A stretch of 64,000 nucleotides of DNA from Turneriella sp. (GTDB lineage: Bacteria > Spirochaetota > Leptospiria > Turneriellales > Turneriellaceae), in the NCBI GenBank assembly GCA_965279515.1, contig CBDIID010000003.1:1632001-1696000 (forward strand), read 5' to 3'. Below the pieces are notes generated by a model. That model searched no databases. It saw nothing but the letters and a program-made list of their open reading frames with translations, and had not been told where the DNA came from. Below, piece after piece: positions 30,056-39,518 of the stretch (within the stretch, counting starts at the first letter, position 1; every line of letters starts with the position of its first letter). Both the position numbers and the translations under genes were made by a program.

Positions 30056-31360
30056 CTATTGTTCAGCGCAGAGGAAGGGTAAAGGGTTTGAACAAAAATC
30101 GCCGACACCATCGTTTATCGCTGTAGCATCTGTTGCATTGCCATTCCCAGTACCAGTGCCTGTCCCACCACCTCCTAAAAAAGCATTGCAGGTACCTGTA
30201 GGGTTGATCAACCATGCTGCATTCAAACCTGTCCAATATTTGTTGCCCGGAGCAATGGAATTCGCCAGATTGAAAGGAAAAACTCTGGCGGCATTGGTTG
30301 TACCAATAAGCAACTTATCGCTGTAACGGTAGTACTTTGTATTAGCAGCCAATACCCAATCAACCCCAGGGCTGCCCGCCTCACGAATAATCGTACCACC
30401 ACCATTTGCCCCTACGAGAATCGCCTTATAGGTTCCCCCTGCAGGAGGTTTACCCGCGTCACATTTTGCATCAGCCCCTGGAATCCCCCCGATCAAAGGA
30501 GGCGTGAGGGTAACACTAAACGCGCCCGAAACATAGATGAACTTTCCGACATCGGTATTGATATTCGTAACGTCCACACTGAAGGTAACACCAGCATACG
30601 GATAAAGCCCCGTGGCAGGATCAGAATAAATAGCATAAGGTACGTCGCCGTCTAATTTATTATCAGCAACACCAGAAACCACCACAGTTTGATCTGTATT
30701 CCAGTTTGTAGACGTAAATGTCAAGGTGGCAGATGACACCACTGTCCCTTCGGTAGCTACACTTGATCTGACATTGTTGAAAACAATATCCCCTGCAGGT
30801 TGCGTGGCCAACCGTATGCGGAAAGACGTCGTCATTGCGCCTGACTCTCTAGTTACCAATCCGGTTGCGTTCGATAATATCAACTCAGCCCCTGCATCAT
30901 TATCGCTGTTCAGAATTAATAGCGGCTGCACACGCAAATTCTGATAGCGGGAATCGCTGCTTGCAACGGTCGTCTGAATGCTGTATTCGACTGCTCCGTC
31001 TGGCGCTGCATCATCTTGCCCAACAACCACCAGATTTTGCTTTACATTCCAGTTTTGTGGCGTGAAAATCAAGGTACAGCTCGTAGCCGTTGTGACCAAG
31101 CTACCAGCATCACAAATGTTCCCGTTTGCGCGAATTTGCCCCTCATTAACATTGCTGCTGCTGAGTGTCAGCACAACTTCAGTCGTTGGTGGATAAGTCA
31201 GTTCGATCTGCAGCATCGTCGTTACGCCTGATTCGCTGGTCGTAAGCCCGGCTGCCGGCGTCATTCTAACGGAACCAAACTGCGCTTCGAGTTCGAACTC
31301 CCTGCTACAGACCAACGTCGTCAAAGCGCACAACAAAAGTATAGTAATTTTCGTTTTCAT
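30056..31360 (-). CDS. surface (lipo)protein with two cadherin/Calx-beta-like repeats and a DUF1554 (Len/endostatin-like) domain
   Basis: Signal ending LVC; repeats with FTPQNWN/FTSTNWN..Q; GGIPGADAKC..YKAILV..DWVLAANTKYYR..WTGL..LCAEQ. Confidence 0.8.
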   Translation of the reverse strand: MKTKITILLLCALTTLVCSREFELEAQFGSVRMTPAAGLTTSESGVTTMLQIELTYPPTTEVVLTLSSSNVNEGQIRANGNICDAGSLVTTATSCTLIFTPQNWNVKQNLVVVGQDDAAPDGAVEYSIQTTVASSDSRYQNLRVQPLLILNSDNDAGAELILSNATGLVTRESGAMTTSFRIRLATQPAGDIVFNNVRSSVATEGTVVSSATLTFTSTNWNTDQTVVVSGVADNKLDGDVPYAIYSDPATGLYPYAGVTFSVDVTNINTDVGKFIYVSGAFSVTLTPPLIGGIPGADAKCDAGKPPAGGTYKAILVGANGGGTIIREAGSPGVDWVLAANTKYYRYSDKLLIGTTNAARVFPFNLANSIAPGNKYWTGLNAAWLINPTGTCNAFLGGGGTGTGTGNGNATDATAINDGVGDFCSNPLPFLCAEQ

Positions 31361-32481
31361 ATTCTGAGCCCCAACCCTGTCATTGTTATGACGTTACCTG
31401 AAAAGGAACCTTGCAGAAATGTAGCCTGGTATACTGCCCCGATCTCCCAGCTGATGTACGGCGTTAGCTGAATGCCGGTACGGAAACCAGCACTTGCCGT
31501 GGGACCGTAAATGGTTCCCGAGAAAGAATTCGAAGCTTCACCTGAGCGGGTATCGAGGGGTAAGTTCTTAAGCGAACTCATGTCGACGCTGAAACGGCTG
31601 TAGGTTCCGCCCCCACCTGCCAACAGGTTAAGGAAAAACTTTTTGTATCGGATTACCTGGTAACCGAGACCAATTTCTCCGGTAAAACCCGTGCCTTTGA
31701 TCGTCGCCGTCTCAGAAGAGTTCACAAGGCCAACAGCAGAGTTCATCCACTGCATGTCGGCGCGAACAAAGCCGATGAAGCGGTTAAGCCCAAGAAACCG
31801 GTCGTGGCGGTACTCCGCAGAAACCATAAGCCCGCCGAGGTCGGCGGGCGCAATGCGCGAGCCAGAATCCATCTGCGGATGTTTACGCAACGTCGGGAAG
31901 GCGCCATTCAGATTGTAACCTGCGTAGACGGCAAGCTGGTCTGTCGTGAAGGGTGCATGCCGGTCGAAATCGAATCGGCCTTTGTTCGGCAATACCGACT
32001 TTGCCTCGGAGGCAATTTTTTCCGCGAGGCTATCAACCGAAGAGAAAATATTTCCGTCTACCTTAATAGCATAGTTAAGCCGCTTGGCCAGCCGGGCGTT
32101 TTCGATATCGAGAATCAGCACTTCGATGAGAATCACCGAACCGATGCTGCTTTCACTTTTCTTGGAAAATCCGCCGCTCAGCACAATATCCTGCCCTGTG
32201 AGGACTCCCAGCTGCAGTGCCACATTTTTATTGTGAAAATCTTCTGCGAACAGCAGGTAGCCGTCCTTGGCGCGTTTCGCAACGTCGGCCGGGTCGGGCT
32301 CGAGAATTTCAAATTTCTGCTGAATCGCCTTGCGCACGCCATCGGTCAGCAAAGATTCGAGGTATTCATAATTCGGGTCATGGTCGAGATTACGAAAGTC
32401 CAATATCAGCATTTTTTTCGCAGCGAAAATGCCGCCGGAAACCGGCAATAGCAGAACGATCGTAAGGACACATTTAAGCAT
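31357..32481 (-). CDS. outer membrane protein: TolB-N/CsgG-like periplasmic domain plus C-terminal beta-barrel
   Basis: Signal peptide; LILDFRNL..YEYL..DIVLSGGF; amphipathic strands ending TGLGLRI; ATGA overlap with downstream gene. Confidence 0.7.
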   Translation of the reverse strand: MLKCVLTIVLLLPVSGGIFAAKKMLILDFRNLDHDPNYEYLESLLTDGVRKAIQQKFEILEPDPADVAKRAKDGYLLFAEDFHNKNVALQLGVLTGQDIVLSGGFSKKSESSIGSVILIEVLILDIENARLAKRLNYAIKVDGNIFSSVDSLAEKIASEAKSVLPNKGRFDFDRHAPFTTDQLAVYAGYNLNGAFPTLRKHPQMDSGSRIAPADLGGLMVSAEYRHDRFLGLNRFIGFVRADMQWMNSAVGLVNSSETATIKGTGFTGEIGLGYQVIRYKKFFLNLLAGGGGTYSRFSVDMSSLKNLPLDTRSGEASNSFSGTIYGPTASAGFRTGIQLTPYISWEIGAVYQATFLQGSFSGNVITMTGLGLRI

Positions 32482-32523
32482 ATAAGTCAGGATGCGCGGC
32501 CTGCAAGCTCCGCTGATACCTTA

Positions 32524-32553
32524 TATACGAGGGTTTACCGCCGTTGATGCCAA
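32524..32553 (-). promoter_or_regulatory. putative ECF-type promoter TTGGCA-N18-CGTATA
   Basis: Same motif recurs upstream of other secreted-protein genes in the window. Confidence 0.65.
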
Positions 32554-32623
32554 TATTCCCGCGCCGTGGTAATCCCCCCGAACTTAGACGTGACGGTGTG
32601 TTTCGATTCTTCAGCCATGCTCA

Positions 32624-33346
32624 ATGTATAGAGGACTGCGCATCCCGTCGCCCGTTCATTTTTTTATGAAAGCAGGCAAGAATCTGCCTGTTTTACGGCT
32701 CTGCCTGCTGGTGGCGGTAGTCGCTGCCGGCAACCTTTGGTCGGTCGGCGCCTCGATCGATCTGCCGGGAAAAACCGCGGAACAGGCCACGGAAGTTGCT
32801 AAAAAGGCATTGCAACGCCTCAACACTACCTGCACCGAAAAAGAAGAAACCATGGGCGCGCACTGGCGCTGCAAGACACCTTTTTATTCGATCGTATCCC
32901 TCGATGTCTTTGTCTCGACGATTCCCGATAAGGCGATCGTCCGCGCCGATTCGCGCGGCCGGCAAGGTTATGCCTTTATCGATCTTGTTGCCCAGGACGC
33001 GGGCCAGGGCCCCTTTGACCAAAAGTACGGTGAAAAATCCATGCTGCTGACCGTAGGCGCCACGATGGTTTCTCCGGCATTCGGTTACTGGTATATCAAT
33101 TCGGGTTCCATGATTAAAAGCAAATCGATCTTTCTCCCCTTTCTCGGCATGCTATTCGGCGACCTGGCGTTGTTCTGGGTCAGTTCAAAAACATTCTTCA
33201 CGAACGGTTTCGATCCGTTCGGCGACGGCCTGGCGCCGATGCTGGTTTCGATGGGCGCCTACCGCGCGGTGATGCTGGTGCCGTTTTCAATGCAGATTCT
33301 GGCGCACAACCGCTTCGCCGGATTGCAGATCACATACCGATACTGA
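32624..33346 (+). CDS. hypothetical envelope protein
   Basis: Signal-like N-terminus (start may be 32666), hydrophobic C-terminal half. Confidence 0.7.
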   Translation: MYRGLRIPSPVHFFMKAGKNLPVLRLCLLVAVVAAGNLWSVGASIDLPGKTAEQATEVAKKALQRLNTTCTEKEETMGAHWRCKTPFYSIVSLDVFVSTIPDKAIVRADSRGRQGYAFIDLVAQDAGQGPFDQKYGEKSMLLTVGATMVSPAFGYWYINSGSMIKSKSIFLPFLGMLFGDLALFWVSSKTFFTNGFDPFGDGLAPMLVSMGAYRAVMLVPFSMQILAHNRFAGLQITYRY

Positions 33347-33379
33347 ATTACCTGCGGTGAGTAGCAGGCGTATCGAACC

Positions 33380-34225
33380 GTGATCCAGGCTCTGCCGCTC
33401 TTCAAAGCGCTGGTCGAGCCTGTACGCATCCGCATTTACCTGCTGCTTAAAAAATCGTCGCTGACAGTTTCAGAACTTTCAGAAATTCTCGACCTTTCAC
33501 AGTCGAATACCAGCCACCACATCAAGGCGCTGCGCGATTTGGGATTACTCTCCGCGGAAAAAACCGGGCAACATACCTACTACCGCCTCGACACAGAGGA
33601 ACTCGCCGGCGAGCGCACACAAAAACTGCTGGCGACGCTGGGCGAACTCGGCGCAGAAATTCCCGAAACGAAGAGTGATTCGACAAAACTGAGAAGTGTG
33701 CTCGCGGCGCGCAGCGAAGATACCTTTGCGCAGTGGCGTCTCGAGCAGCCCGACCTGCCCTACTCCGATGTATTCGCGCACCTCGCCGCGGGGCGCCAGG
33801 GTACCGTGCTTGATATCGGCTGCGGGGAAGGCGATTTTTTTGAGCCGCTCAGCCTCGCCTATGAAAAGGTGATCGGCATCGATATCGATGCCGGCCACAC
33901 ACGCCGGGCTGCGGCGCGCGGGGGAGTGGTGTTGAGGGCCGATGCGCAAAATATACCGATTTGCAATGATTGTTTTGACGGCGTCGTCATGCGTATGGCG
34001 CTGTCGCAGATTCCCGATCCGATTGCCGCGCTCGACGAGGCTGTGCGCGTACTGAAACCCGGCGGCTTCATCAGCGTCATCGACGGCGAAAAAAAATCGG
34101 GGGATGCCTTCCAGCGGAAAATTATGGCACACTGGAAAGAGCGCGGCGCACTGCGTATCGATTTCGAACGTTCGCTGCCGCGGCTTTTCATGCTGCGCGC
34201 ACAGAAACGCTCAACGGGTCAGTGA
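33380..34225 (+). CDS. ArsR-family regulator fused to SAM-dependent methyltransferase
   Basis: FKALVEPVRIRI, LSQSNTSHHIKAL; VLDIGCGEG, RVLKPGG. Confidence 0.92.
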   Translation: MIQALPLFKALVEPVRIRIYLLLKKSSLTVSELSEILDLSQSNTSHHIKALRDLGLLSAEKTGQHTYYRLDTEELAGERTQKLLATLGELGAEIPETKSDSTKLRSVLAARSEDTFAQWRLEQPDLPYSDVFAHLAAGRQGTVLDIGCGEGDFFEPLSLAYEKVIGIDIDAGHTRRAAARGGVVLRADAQNIPICNDCFDGVVMRMALSQIPDPIAALDEAVRVLKPGGFISVIDGEKKSGDAFQRKIMAHWKERGALRIDFERSLPRLFMLRAQKRSTGQ

Positions 34226-34507
34226 AGCGTTGATGATCAGATCTGTATCTTCCCAGGCATTTTGTGTTTCTGTCACAATCGCTGTCGCCGATGTTTCGCT
34301 GAGCCCGGCATAAGTTTCTGCCCTTGTACCGCTGCGCGAGAACCAGAGCGTGCCCGCAGCTATGACGGCGACAGCCGCCGCGGCCCAGGGCGCATAGTGC
34401 TGCCGCGAAGCCGCACGCCGCAGCACTGCCGCGGTGGTTCTACGCGAGAAATCCTCATCGCCCAGCAACCGCTCGACTTCATGTTGATTATTTTTTTCCG
34501 TGCTCAT
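34211..34507 (-). CDS. small single-TM protein, putative anti-sigma factor
   Basis: WAAAAVAVIAAGTLW helix; directly after the ECF sigma. Confidence 0.65.
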   Translation of the reverse strand: MSTEKNNQHEVERLLGDEDFSRRTTAAVLRRAASRQHYAPWAAAAVAVIAAGTLWFSRSGTRAETYAGLSETSATAIVTETQNAWEDTDLIINASLTR

Positions 34508-35015
34508 GGCGCCCTCCTCTGTTGTTTTGCCTATTGCTTCTCGCCAGCCATTCTTTTCCCCGGGATAATCTTGACTTCACAGTTCCCGGCGCGATGCCCA
34601 GGTGCGAGGCAATTTCCGATACTTTCATGCCATTGCTGCGCAGCTGCACCGCTTCACGGAAAGGTTCGGGTATACCTGCAATCTGTAAATGCAGATTTTC
34701 AAGGCTTTCTTCATCAGGCATGTCGCCGGCTTTTTCGGGAAAGTTTTCTTTACGGCGAAAAATCGCAAACCACTCGCGGCGGGCTTTGCGGCCGGCCTTA
34801 TAGCTCTCATTGCGCGCGGCGACGAACAGCCATTTCTGCAGATCGTCACCCGTGAGCGGTTTTTTGTCCCTGAATGCGAGAAAATAGCGCAGGTAGGTTT
34901 CCTGCGCCACGTCTTCAATCTGACCGCCGGCATTTTCGGGAAGATACCTGCCGATCGCGCGCAGAACCGTTTGTTTGCTTGCCTCGATGCCCTGCGCGAG
35001 TTCGGCCTCGGTCAT
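34488..35015 (-). CDS. ECF RNA polymerase sigma factor
   Basis: EDVAQETYL, WLFVAARN, GTVKSRLSRG. Confidence 0.92.
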   Translation of the reverse strand: MTEAELAQGIEASKQTVLRAIGRYLPENAGGQIEDVAQETYLRYFLAFRDKKPLTGDDLQKWLFVAARNESYKAGRKARREWFAIFRRKENFPEKAGDMPDEESLENLHLQIAGIPEPFREAVQLRSNGMKVSEIASHLGIAPGTVKSRLSRGKEWLARSNRQNNRGGRHEHGKK

Positions 35016-35506
35016 TTTTCGTCCTGATCGTCTCCCGGGCGCGGTTTATCTTTACCGTGCTCCATTCTCTTCTTGTGCATCGTTTTGAGTTTCTTTTTCT
35101 GTTCGGGCGTCAGTAACGCTTCGAACTCCAGCCGGCCCTGGATGTCCTGCATCCGCATTTCGACATGGCCCTTACCGATCACCTCAAGCTGTCGGCGCAC
35201 GGCCCCCAGATCGACTTTATCTGCCTCAAGCAGTTTACGCAGCTCTTCGTGCAGCGGCTTCATTTTTTCACGCTGTGTCTTTTGCAACGCTTCGCGTGTC
35301 TCGTGGAGGGCCTTCGCCTTTTCCTGCTGTTCCTTTGTCAGGTTCAGCTCCCTGGTCATGCGTTCGAGGTGCTTTTTCGGATCGCCATGTCCTCTATGCG
35401 GCCCCGGCCCCATTCCCTCGCCGTGGTGGGCTGGCTTTTCCGCCCCTGCTGCGAATGTCGCAAGACTGAGGGCCAAAACCAGTAGAATTTTAATTTTTCG
35501 TTTCAT
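35012..35506 (-). CDS. Spy/CpxP-family periplasmic chaperone
   Basis: Signal peptide, His/Gly-rich linker, LNLTKEQ and LLTPEQ motifs. Confidence 0.9.
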   Translation of the reverse strand: MKRKIKILLVLALSLATFAAGAEKPAHHGEGMGPGPHRGHGDPKKHLERMTRELNLTKEQQEKAKALHETREALQKTQREKMKPLHEELRKLLEADKVDLGAVRRQLEVIGKGHVEMRMQDIQGRLEFEALLTPEQKKKLKTMHKKRMEHGKDKPRPGDDQDEK

Positions 35507-35532
35507 TGTTCCTCCTGAAGTATTTGCTACTA

Positions 35533-35558
35533 TAAACCCGCAGGAGCCAAAAGGTTCC
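35533..35558 (-). promoter_or_regulatory. ECF-type promoter GGAACC-N15-GTTTA for the spy-ECF-anti-sigma operon
   Basis: Canonical GGAAC -35 / GTT -10 arrangement ahead of the CAGGAGG RBS. Confidence 0.6.
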
Positions 35559-35564
35559 CGTTTT

Positions 35565-35909
35565 TTAACGCGGCACGAGCGTGCGCAGGTATTCGATCAG
35601 GTTTTGCCGGTCTTGGGGAGAAATCATCACAAACGAACGATGCCGCGCATCGCCTTCGAGAAATGCCAGAAGTTCGGTAAAATTTTTGCGCACGCGGATT
35701 AATCCCACTTCTTGTTTCTCGCGTTTCTGTCGCAGAATGTGCGCCGCGAGATGGCAGTCGCTGCAATCGTGAGAGGCGTAAACTTCTTCACCCAGCGCCG
35801 CGGTTGTATCTGTCTGCGAGCGGCGGCTGAGCCAAACCAAAACCACGAGCGCGGCAATGAGCGTAGCGCCGAAAATCTGAAGAATCAGCCGTTTATTTTT
35901 GCCCGACAT
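35565..35909 (-). CDS. membrane-anchored monoheme cytochrome c
   Basis: N-terminal TM helix; GEEVY..CSDCH; LIEYL C-terminal helix. Confidence 0.8.
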   Translation of the reverse strand: MSGKNKRLILQIFGATLIAALVVLVWLSRRSQTDTTAALGEEVYASHDCSDCHLAAHILRQKREKQEVGLIRVRKNFTELLAFLEGDARHRSFVMISPQDRQNLIEYLRTLVPR

Positions 35910-37716
35910 ACCGCCGCTCGTTATCGAAGCGCCTGAGTACGGCGACAAATAAATTCCCGGAAGGGGTGGGCCGGCAGCGCGCAAAACCCGAGCGCTGGCG
36001 CGCGCGCGCCTGAATGCCCGCGAGCCCCTGCCCTTCGCCCAGGCGCTCACCGCTCCAGCGAAAAACCTTACCGTCGGAGAGAATGGCCATTCTCAGGCCA
36101 TAATGCCGCTTTTCAATGCGGATAACCATGCGCGAGGGCGCACCATGCCGCATGCAGTTGCCACTCCATTCCTGCAGGATGCGCAATGCATCGAGCAGAA
36201 GAAAGGCATTGGTTTGGGCGGCATCGAAATCGACGGCTGTTGTCAGCGTAAAATTATCCATGCCGCGCAGTATTTCAAGATAGGCTTCGAGTTCGTCACG
36301 GATGGTTGCGGCAGTCAGATCGCTGCGCAGCAGAAATATGATGTCGCGGATACGACTGCTCATGCTGCCGGATTTCTGCCCCAGCCAGAGCGCAATGTCA
36401 CCCGGCACGTCGGCGCGCGCGAGCTTCATCTGTATCTGGCCAAATTCAGAACCCAGCACATCGTGCAGATCGCGGGCCAGCACCTCACGCTCGACCGCGA
36501 GCTGTGCGCTGAACTGCCCGGCCTGTTTTTTGTAAAATCGTACACGGACACTCAATGCCACGGTAAAAAGCAGGTTTTCCGCAACCGAGCCAAACTTCAT
36601 CATGTGTGCCAGGTAGTCGTTATACGAAATTGCAAACAGACCCAGGATATGGAAGGAACTCAGTATCGCTGAAACCATAAAAAATACCCAGCCGAAAAAC
36701 ATGATCCATGCCGGTTGAAATCCGCCCAGCATGGCTTTGATCACGAAAAAAAGCGCCACAACACAATGAATTACCGTGATAATGAGATTCACCGGCATCA
36801 TGCGCCGGTATTCGACCATGAAATTCATGGCGACGGCGAGAATATCGGCGGCAATCAGCAGGCGCCAGATCAGCACCTGGTGGCGCCCTGCCGCGGCGCC
36901 TAAAAAATCGCGGTTGAAGAGCGCAAAGGGAATCAGCATCGCGGGAAAAAGCGCTGAGCGGAAAAACAGGTAAACCGGCGCGTCGGAATGCCCCGCCATC
37001 ATTTCCGGGATTCTCTCGAGCGTGAGAAAAACGCCGATGAACAGAACCAGGTAGGCGGAGTAATAGAGATTAATCTTTTCCTTCAGGCCAAAATAGATCG
37101 CAAGATTATAGATCAGAATCGTCGCCAGCGCGCCGAAAAACAATCCTGCGGACCACAGATAACGTTTCTCAGAGTCGAGAAAACGCTCGGCGCGCGCGGC
37201 AAAAACCGGGTAGCGGCGCGAACCGGGCGGCGTGGCATCGAGATAGATATGGCCCGCTTCCCTGACTGTGTCGAAAACAAACAGCGCATTGCGGTCGCGC
37301 CCGATGCGTTTGCCGTTTTCAACAGCACAGGGGGTACCCGAACGGCAAGCGGCGGGAACATAGAGCGCCAACGCATGGGGAAACAGCCCCTGGACCTGAA
37401 CAAATATTTTGCCCACGGACGGTGCGGCGCAGACAGGGAAACGCAGAATAAAATTTTCCGCGGTGTAACCAAAACTTGCAAACGGATCAGGAACGCGCAC
37501 GAACCCCTTTAGCTCGCCGGAAAGTATGGCAGCCGCAAGCAGCGGTTGCTTTTTTTCGCGATACTCCAGGACATTGCCGGCAAAAACCGCCGCATCCGGG
37601 GCCGCGAGATCGACACATTCTTCGGCGCCGATTTCGAAAACGGCGACAAAAAACAGCAGGGTCACGGTGACACAGAAACGCGCTGCAGGCACCGGATGTA
37701 ATTTCGCGGACTTCAT
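35893..37716 (-). CDS. 7TM-DISM sensor histidine kinase (HisKA_3 type)
   Basis: Periplasmic domain, 7 TM helices (IYNLAIY..YYSAY), ARDLHD H-box, E..GN..RH and GQGL boxes. Confidence 0.85.
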   Translation of the reverse strand: MKSAKLHPVPAARFCVTVTLLFFVAVFEIGAEECVDLAAPDAAVFAGNVLEYREKKQPLLAAAILSGELKGFVRVPDPFASFGYTAENFILRFPVCAAPSVGKIFVQVQGLFPHALALYVPAACRSGTPCAVENGKRIGRDRNALFVFDTVREAGHIYLDATPPGSRRYPVFAARAERFLDSEKRYLWSAGLFFGALATILIYNLAIYFGLKEKINLYYSAYLVLFIGVFLTLERIPEMMAGHSDAPVYLFFRSALFPAMLIPFALFNRDFLGAAAGRHQVLIWRLLIAADILAVAMNFMVEYRRMMPVNLIITVIHCVVALFFVIKAMLGGFQPAWIMFFGWVFFMVSAILSSFHILGLFAISYNDYLAHMMKFGSVAENLLFTVALSVRVRFYKKQAGQFSAQLAVEREVLARDLHDVLGSEFGQIQMKLARADVPGDIALWLGQKSGSMSSRIRDIIFLLRSDLTAATIRDELEAYLEILRGMDNFTLTTAVDFDAAQTNAFLLLDALRILQEWSGNCMRHGAPSRMVIRIEKRHYGLRMAILSDGKVFRWSGERLGEGQGLAGIQARARQRSGFARCRPTPSGNLFVAVLRRFDNERRYVGQK

Positions 37717-37747
37717 AAGAAAGCAATCAAAATTGTTTTTGTTATTT

Positions 37748-37777
37748 TTGGCACACGATGCCACGTGAGAGCGTACA
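37748..37777 (+). promoter_or_regulatory. putative ECF-type promoter TTGGCA-N18-CGTACA
   Basis: Recurrent motif, 8 nt before ATG 37786. Confidence 0.65.
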
Positions 37778-37785
37778 AGCGTGAG

Positions 37786-38208
37786 ATGATGCTAGTTTCT
37801 GCGGATAAACAGCTGACGATTTCAGAAAAGCACGAATGGATGATCTTTGTGCGCGAAACTGTCCAGGCACAGGCCAGGCAAATGCCGAACCTCGAACTTG
37901 CCCGGGCATGGCAGATGTTCGCTGACAGCCTGCATGCCGTTCATGCCGGTATCGGCAATCGCGACGGATTCATCAGCGTCTCTGACGTCGCCGACCTGAT
38001 CCAGGTCGCCTCTTCGGGGCTGAGATTTAACCGCGCCGGCATCGGCGAAAACCTGTTGTGGATGGAAATCGGCGGCGATGGCGAACTGGAAGTGACGTTT
38101 GAAGATAAATCCGTCAGCTGCTCAGCGGCACAGATGCTGGGTGCATTACGGCAGCTCATGCTGCAAATGCAGAAAAGACTGGCGGCGACGGCGATGCGGG
38201 CTCCCTAA
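37786..38208 (+). CDS. hypothetical protein
   Basis: ORF 37765-38208; start moved to 37786 to follow the promoter motif. Confidence 0.6.
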   Translation: MMLVSADKQLTISEKHEWMIFVRETVQAQARQMPNLELARAWQMFADSLHAVHAGIGNRDGFISVSDVADLIQVASSGLRFNRAGIGENLLWMEIGGDGELEVTFEDKSVSCSAAQMLGALRQLMLQMQKRLAATAMRAP

Positions 38209-38544
38209 GCCCGCGGAGAAGATTCTCGATTCATCTGATTTCACCGGGAGGCCGATTTTACTCAAAATGTTTTCGGTCCTAAGTTATTCGTGACCTCATT
38301 GGGAGCCTACAAAGTCATCGACGGATTAATTGATTCCGGCTTCGCCTGTGTGGGTATCCGAAATTTCTGGTGTGTGAACCAGATTTAAGGCATACCGTAA
38401 TTGACGGTTGCCAAGTCTTGCCTTGCGGTAATTGGAAAGCAGATTTTTTTGGGACTGTTTTTTTTCCCGCCAAGTACATTTCCCAAAGTCTGCCTTTTTA
38501 CGATAATAACATCTTTCTCATGAAATCAACCCAGCGCGAACTTT

Positions 38545-38572
38545 TTTGCATGGAACTTTATGGAATCCGTCA
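38545..38572 (+). promoter_or_regulatory. putative ECF-type promoter TTTGCA-N17-CGTCA at the head of the ECF-FecR operon
   Basis: Variant motif repeated at 42712-42740. Confidence 0.55.
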
Positions 38573-38580
38573 TACAATGT

Positions 38581-38949
38581 ATGCTAATCAAAATACCGAG
38601 GCGATTTATCAGAATAAAAAAAATCTCCCTGATCTCAATATTCCTATATGCCATAGGCTGCGCCAATGATACCCCGTCTGTCGTCGGGGGCTGGTACAAC
38701 CACCTCGGTCAGTACGCGTGCTTTCGTACCGATCATCGTCTCGGCATCGGCGACCATGTCAAAGAAGCTTTGGCGGGAACATCTACATGGTTCGACGACA
38801 ATCGATTGAAATTTTCCGATGGCGTGACAGGTTCGTGGAACATCATCTCCGACGGCTCCCTCGAAATCCTCGCCGAAAACTGCCGAAAAGGCTGCGATGA
38901 AAACCCGATGAAATTTCAACGGAATAACTCTTTTGGCTGTCCCGAGTGA
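38581..38949 (+). CDS. small lipoprotein
   Basis: Basic N-terminus, hydrophobic stretch, AIGC lipobox; VVGGW; overlaps ECF start. Confidence 0.7.
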   Translation: MLIKIPRRFIRIKKISLISIFLYAIGCANDTPSVVGGWYNHLGQYACFRTDHRLGIGDHVKEALAGTSTWFDDNRLKFSDGVTGSWNIISDGSLEILAENCRKGCDENPMKFQRNNSFGCPE

Positions 38950-39518
38950 TGGCGATGACTCCCGTCAGTATCGCATTAACAGGCGGAGACCTGCAAAACC
39001 TGCGACACAATGAGCCGAATGCGGATGCAAAAATCTGCGCATACTATCGGGCTTTTTTCCATGAGATCTATGTTTTTGTCCATCGCTACAGCCATGACGA
39101 TGAAGAAGCACAAGACCTCGCGCAGGATGTATTTGCAAAAGCTCTAAAATACCTGCGCAGGGCAAACGACGAAATATCAAATCCACGCGCGTGGCTTTAC
39201 CGGATCGCAAGAACCCACTGCATCGACCGTGTTTTCCGAAAGAAGAAAATTACCGCGACCGAACTGAAGCCTGACCTCGTCGCCGCGGCAAGTTCAAATG
39301 GTTCTTTCGAGGATTCTATTCTCGACCAGGCTATGGTAGACTCGGTGCTCGAATGGGTTTCTGAAAACAGCTCAGAAACGGAACAACAGATATTTGAGCT
39401 TAAAATTATCCGCGGGTTATCACAGGCCGAGATCGGCGAAATCATGCATTGCCATGCTTCGACTATTTCACGAATTCTAAACGGCATGACCGAACAGATC
39501 GTACGGAGATTCGCATGA
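38946..39518 (+). CDS. ECF RNA polymerase sigma factor
   Basis: AQDLAQDVF, AWLYRIARTHCID, GLSQAEIGEIM..STISR. Confidence 0.93.
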   Translation: MMAMTPVSIALTGGDLQNLRHNEPNADAKICAYYRAFFHEIYVFVHRYSHDDEEAQDLAQDVFAKALKYLRRANDEISNPRAWLYRIARTHCIDRVFRKKKITATELKPDLVAAASSNGSFEDSILDQAMVDSVLEWVSENSSETEQQIFELKIIRGLSQAEIGEIMHCHASTISRILNGMTEQIVRRFA

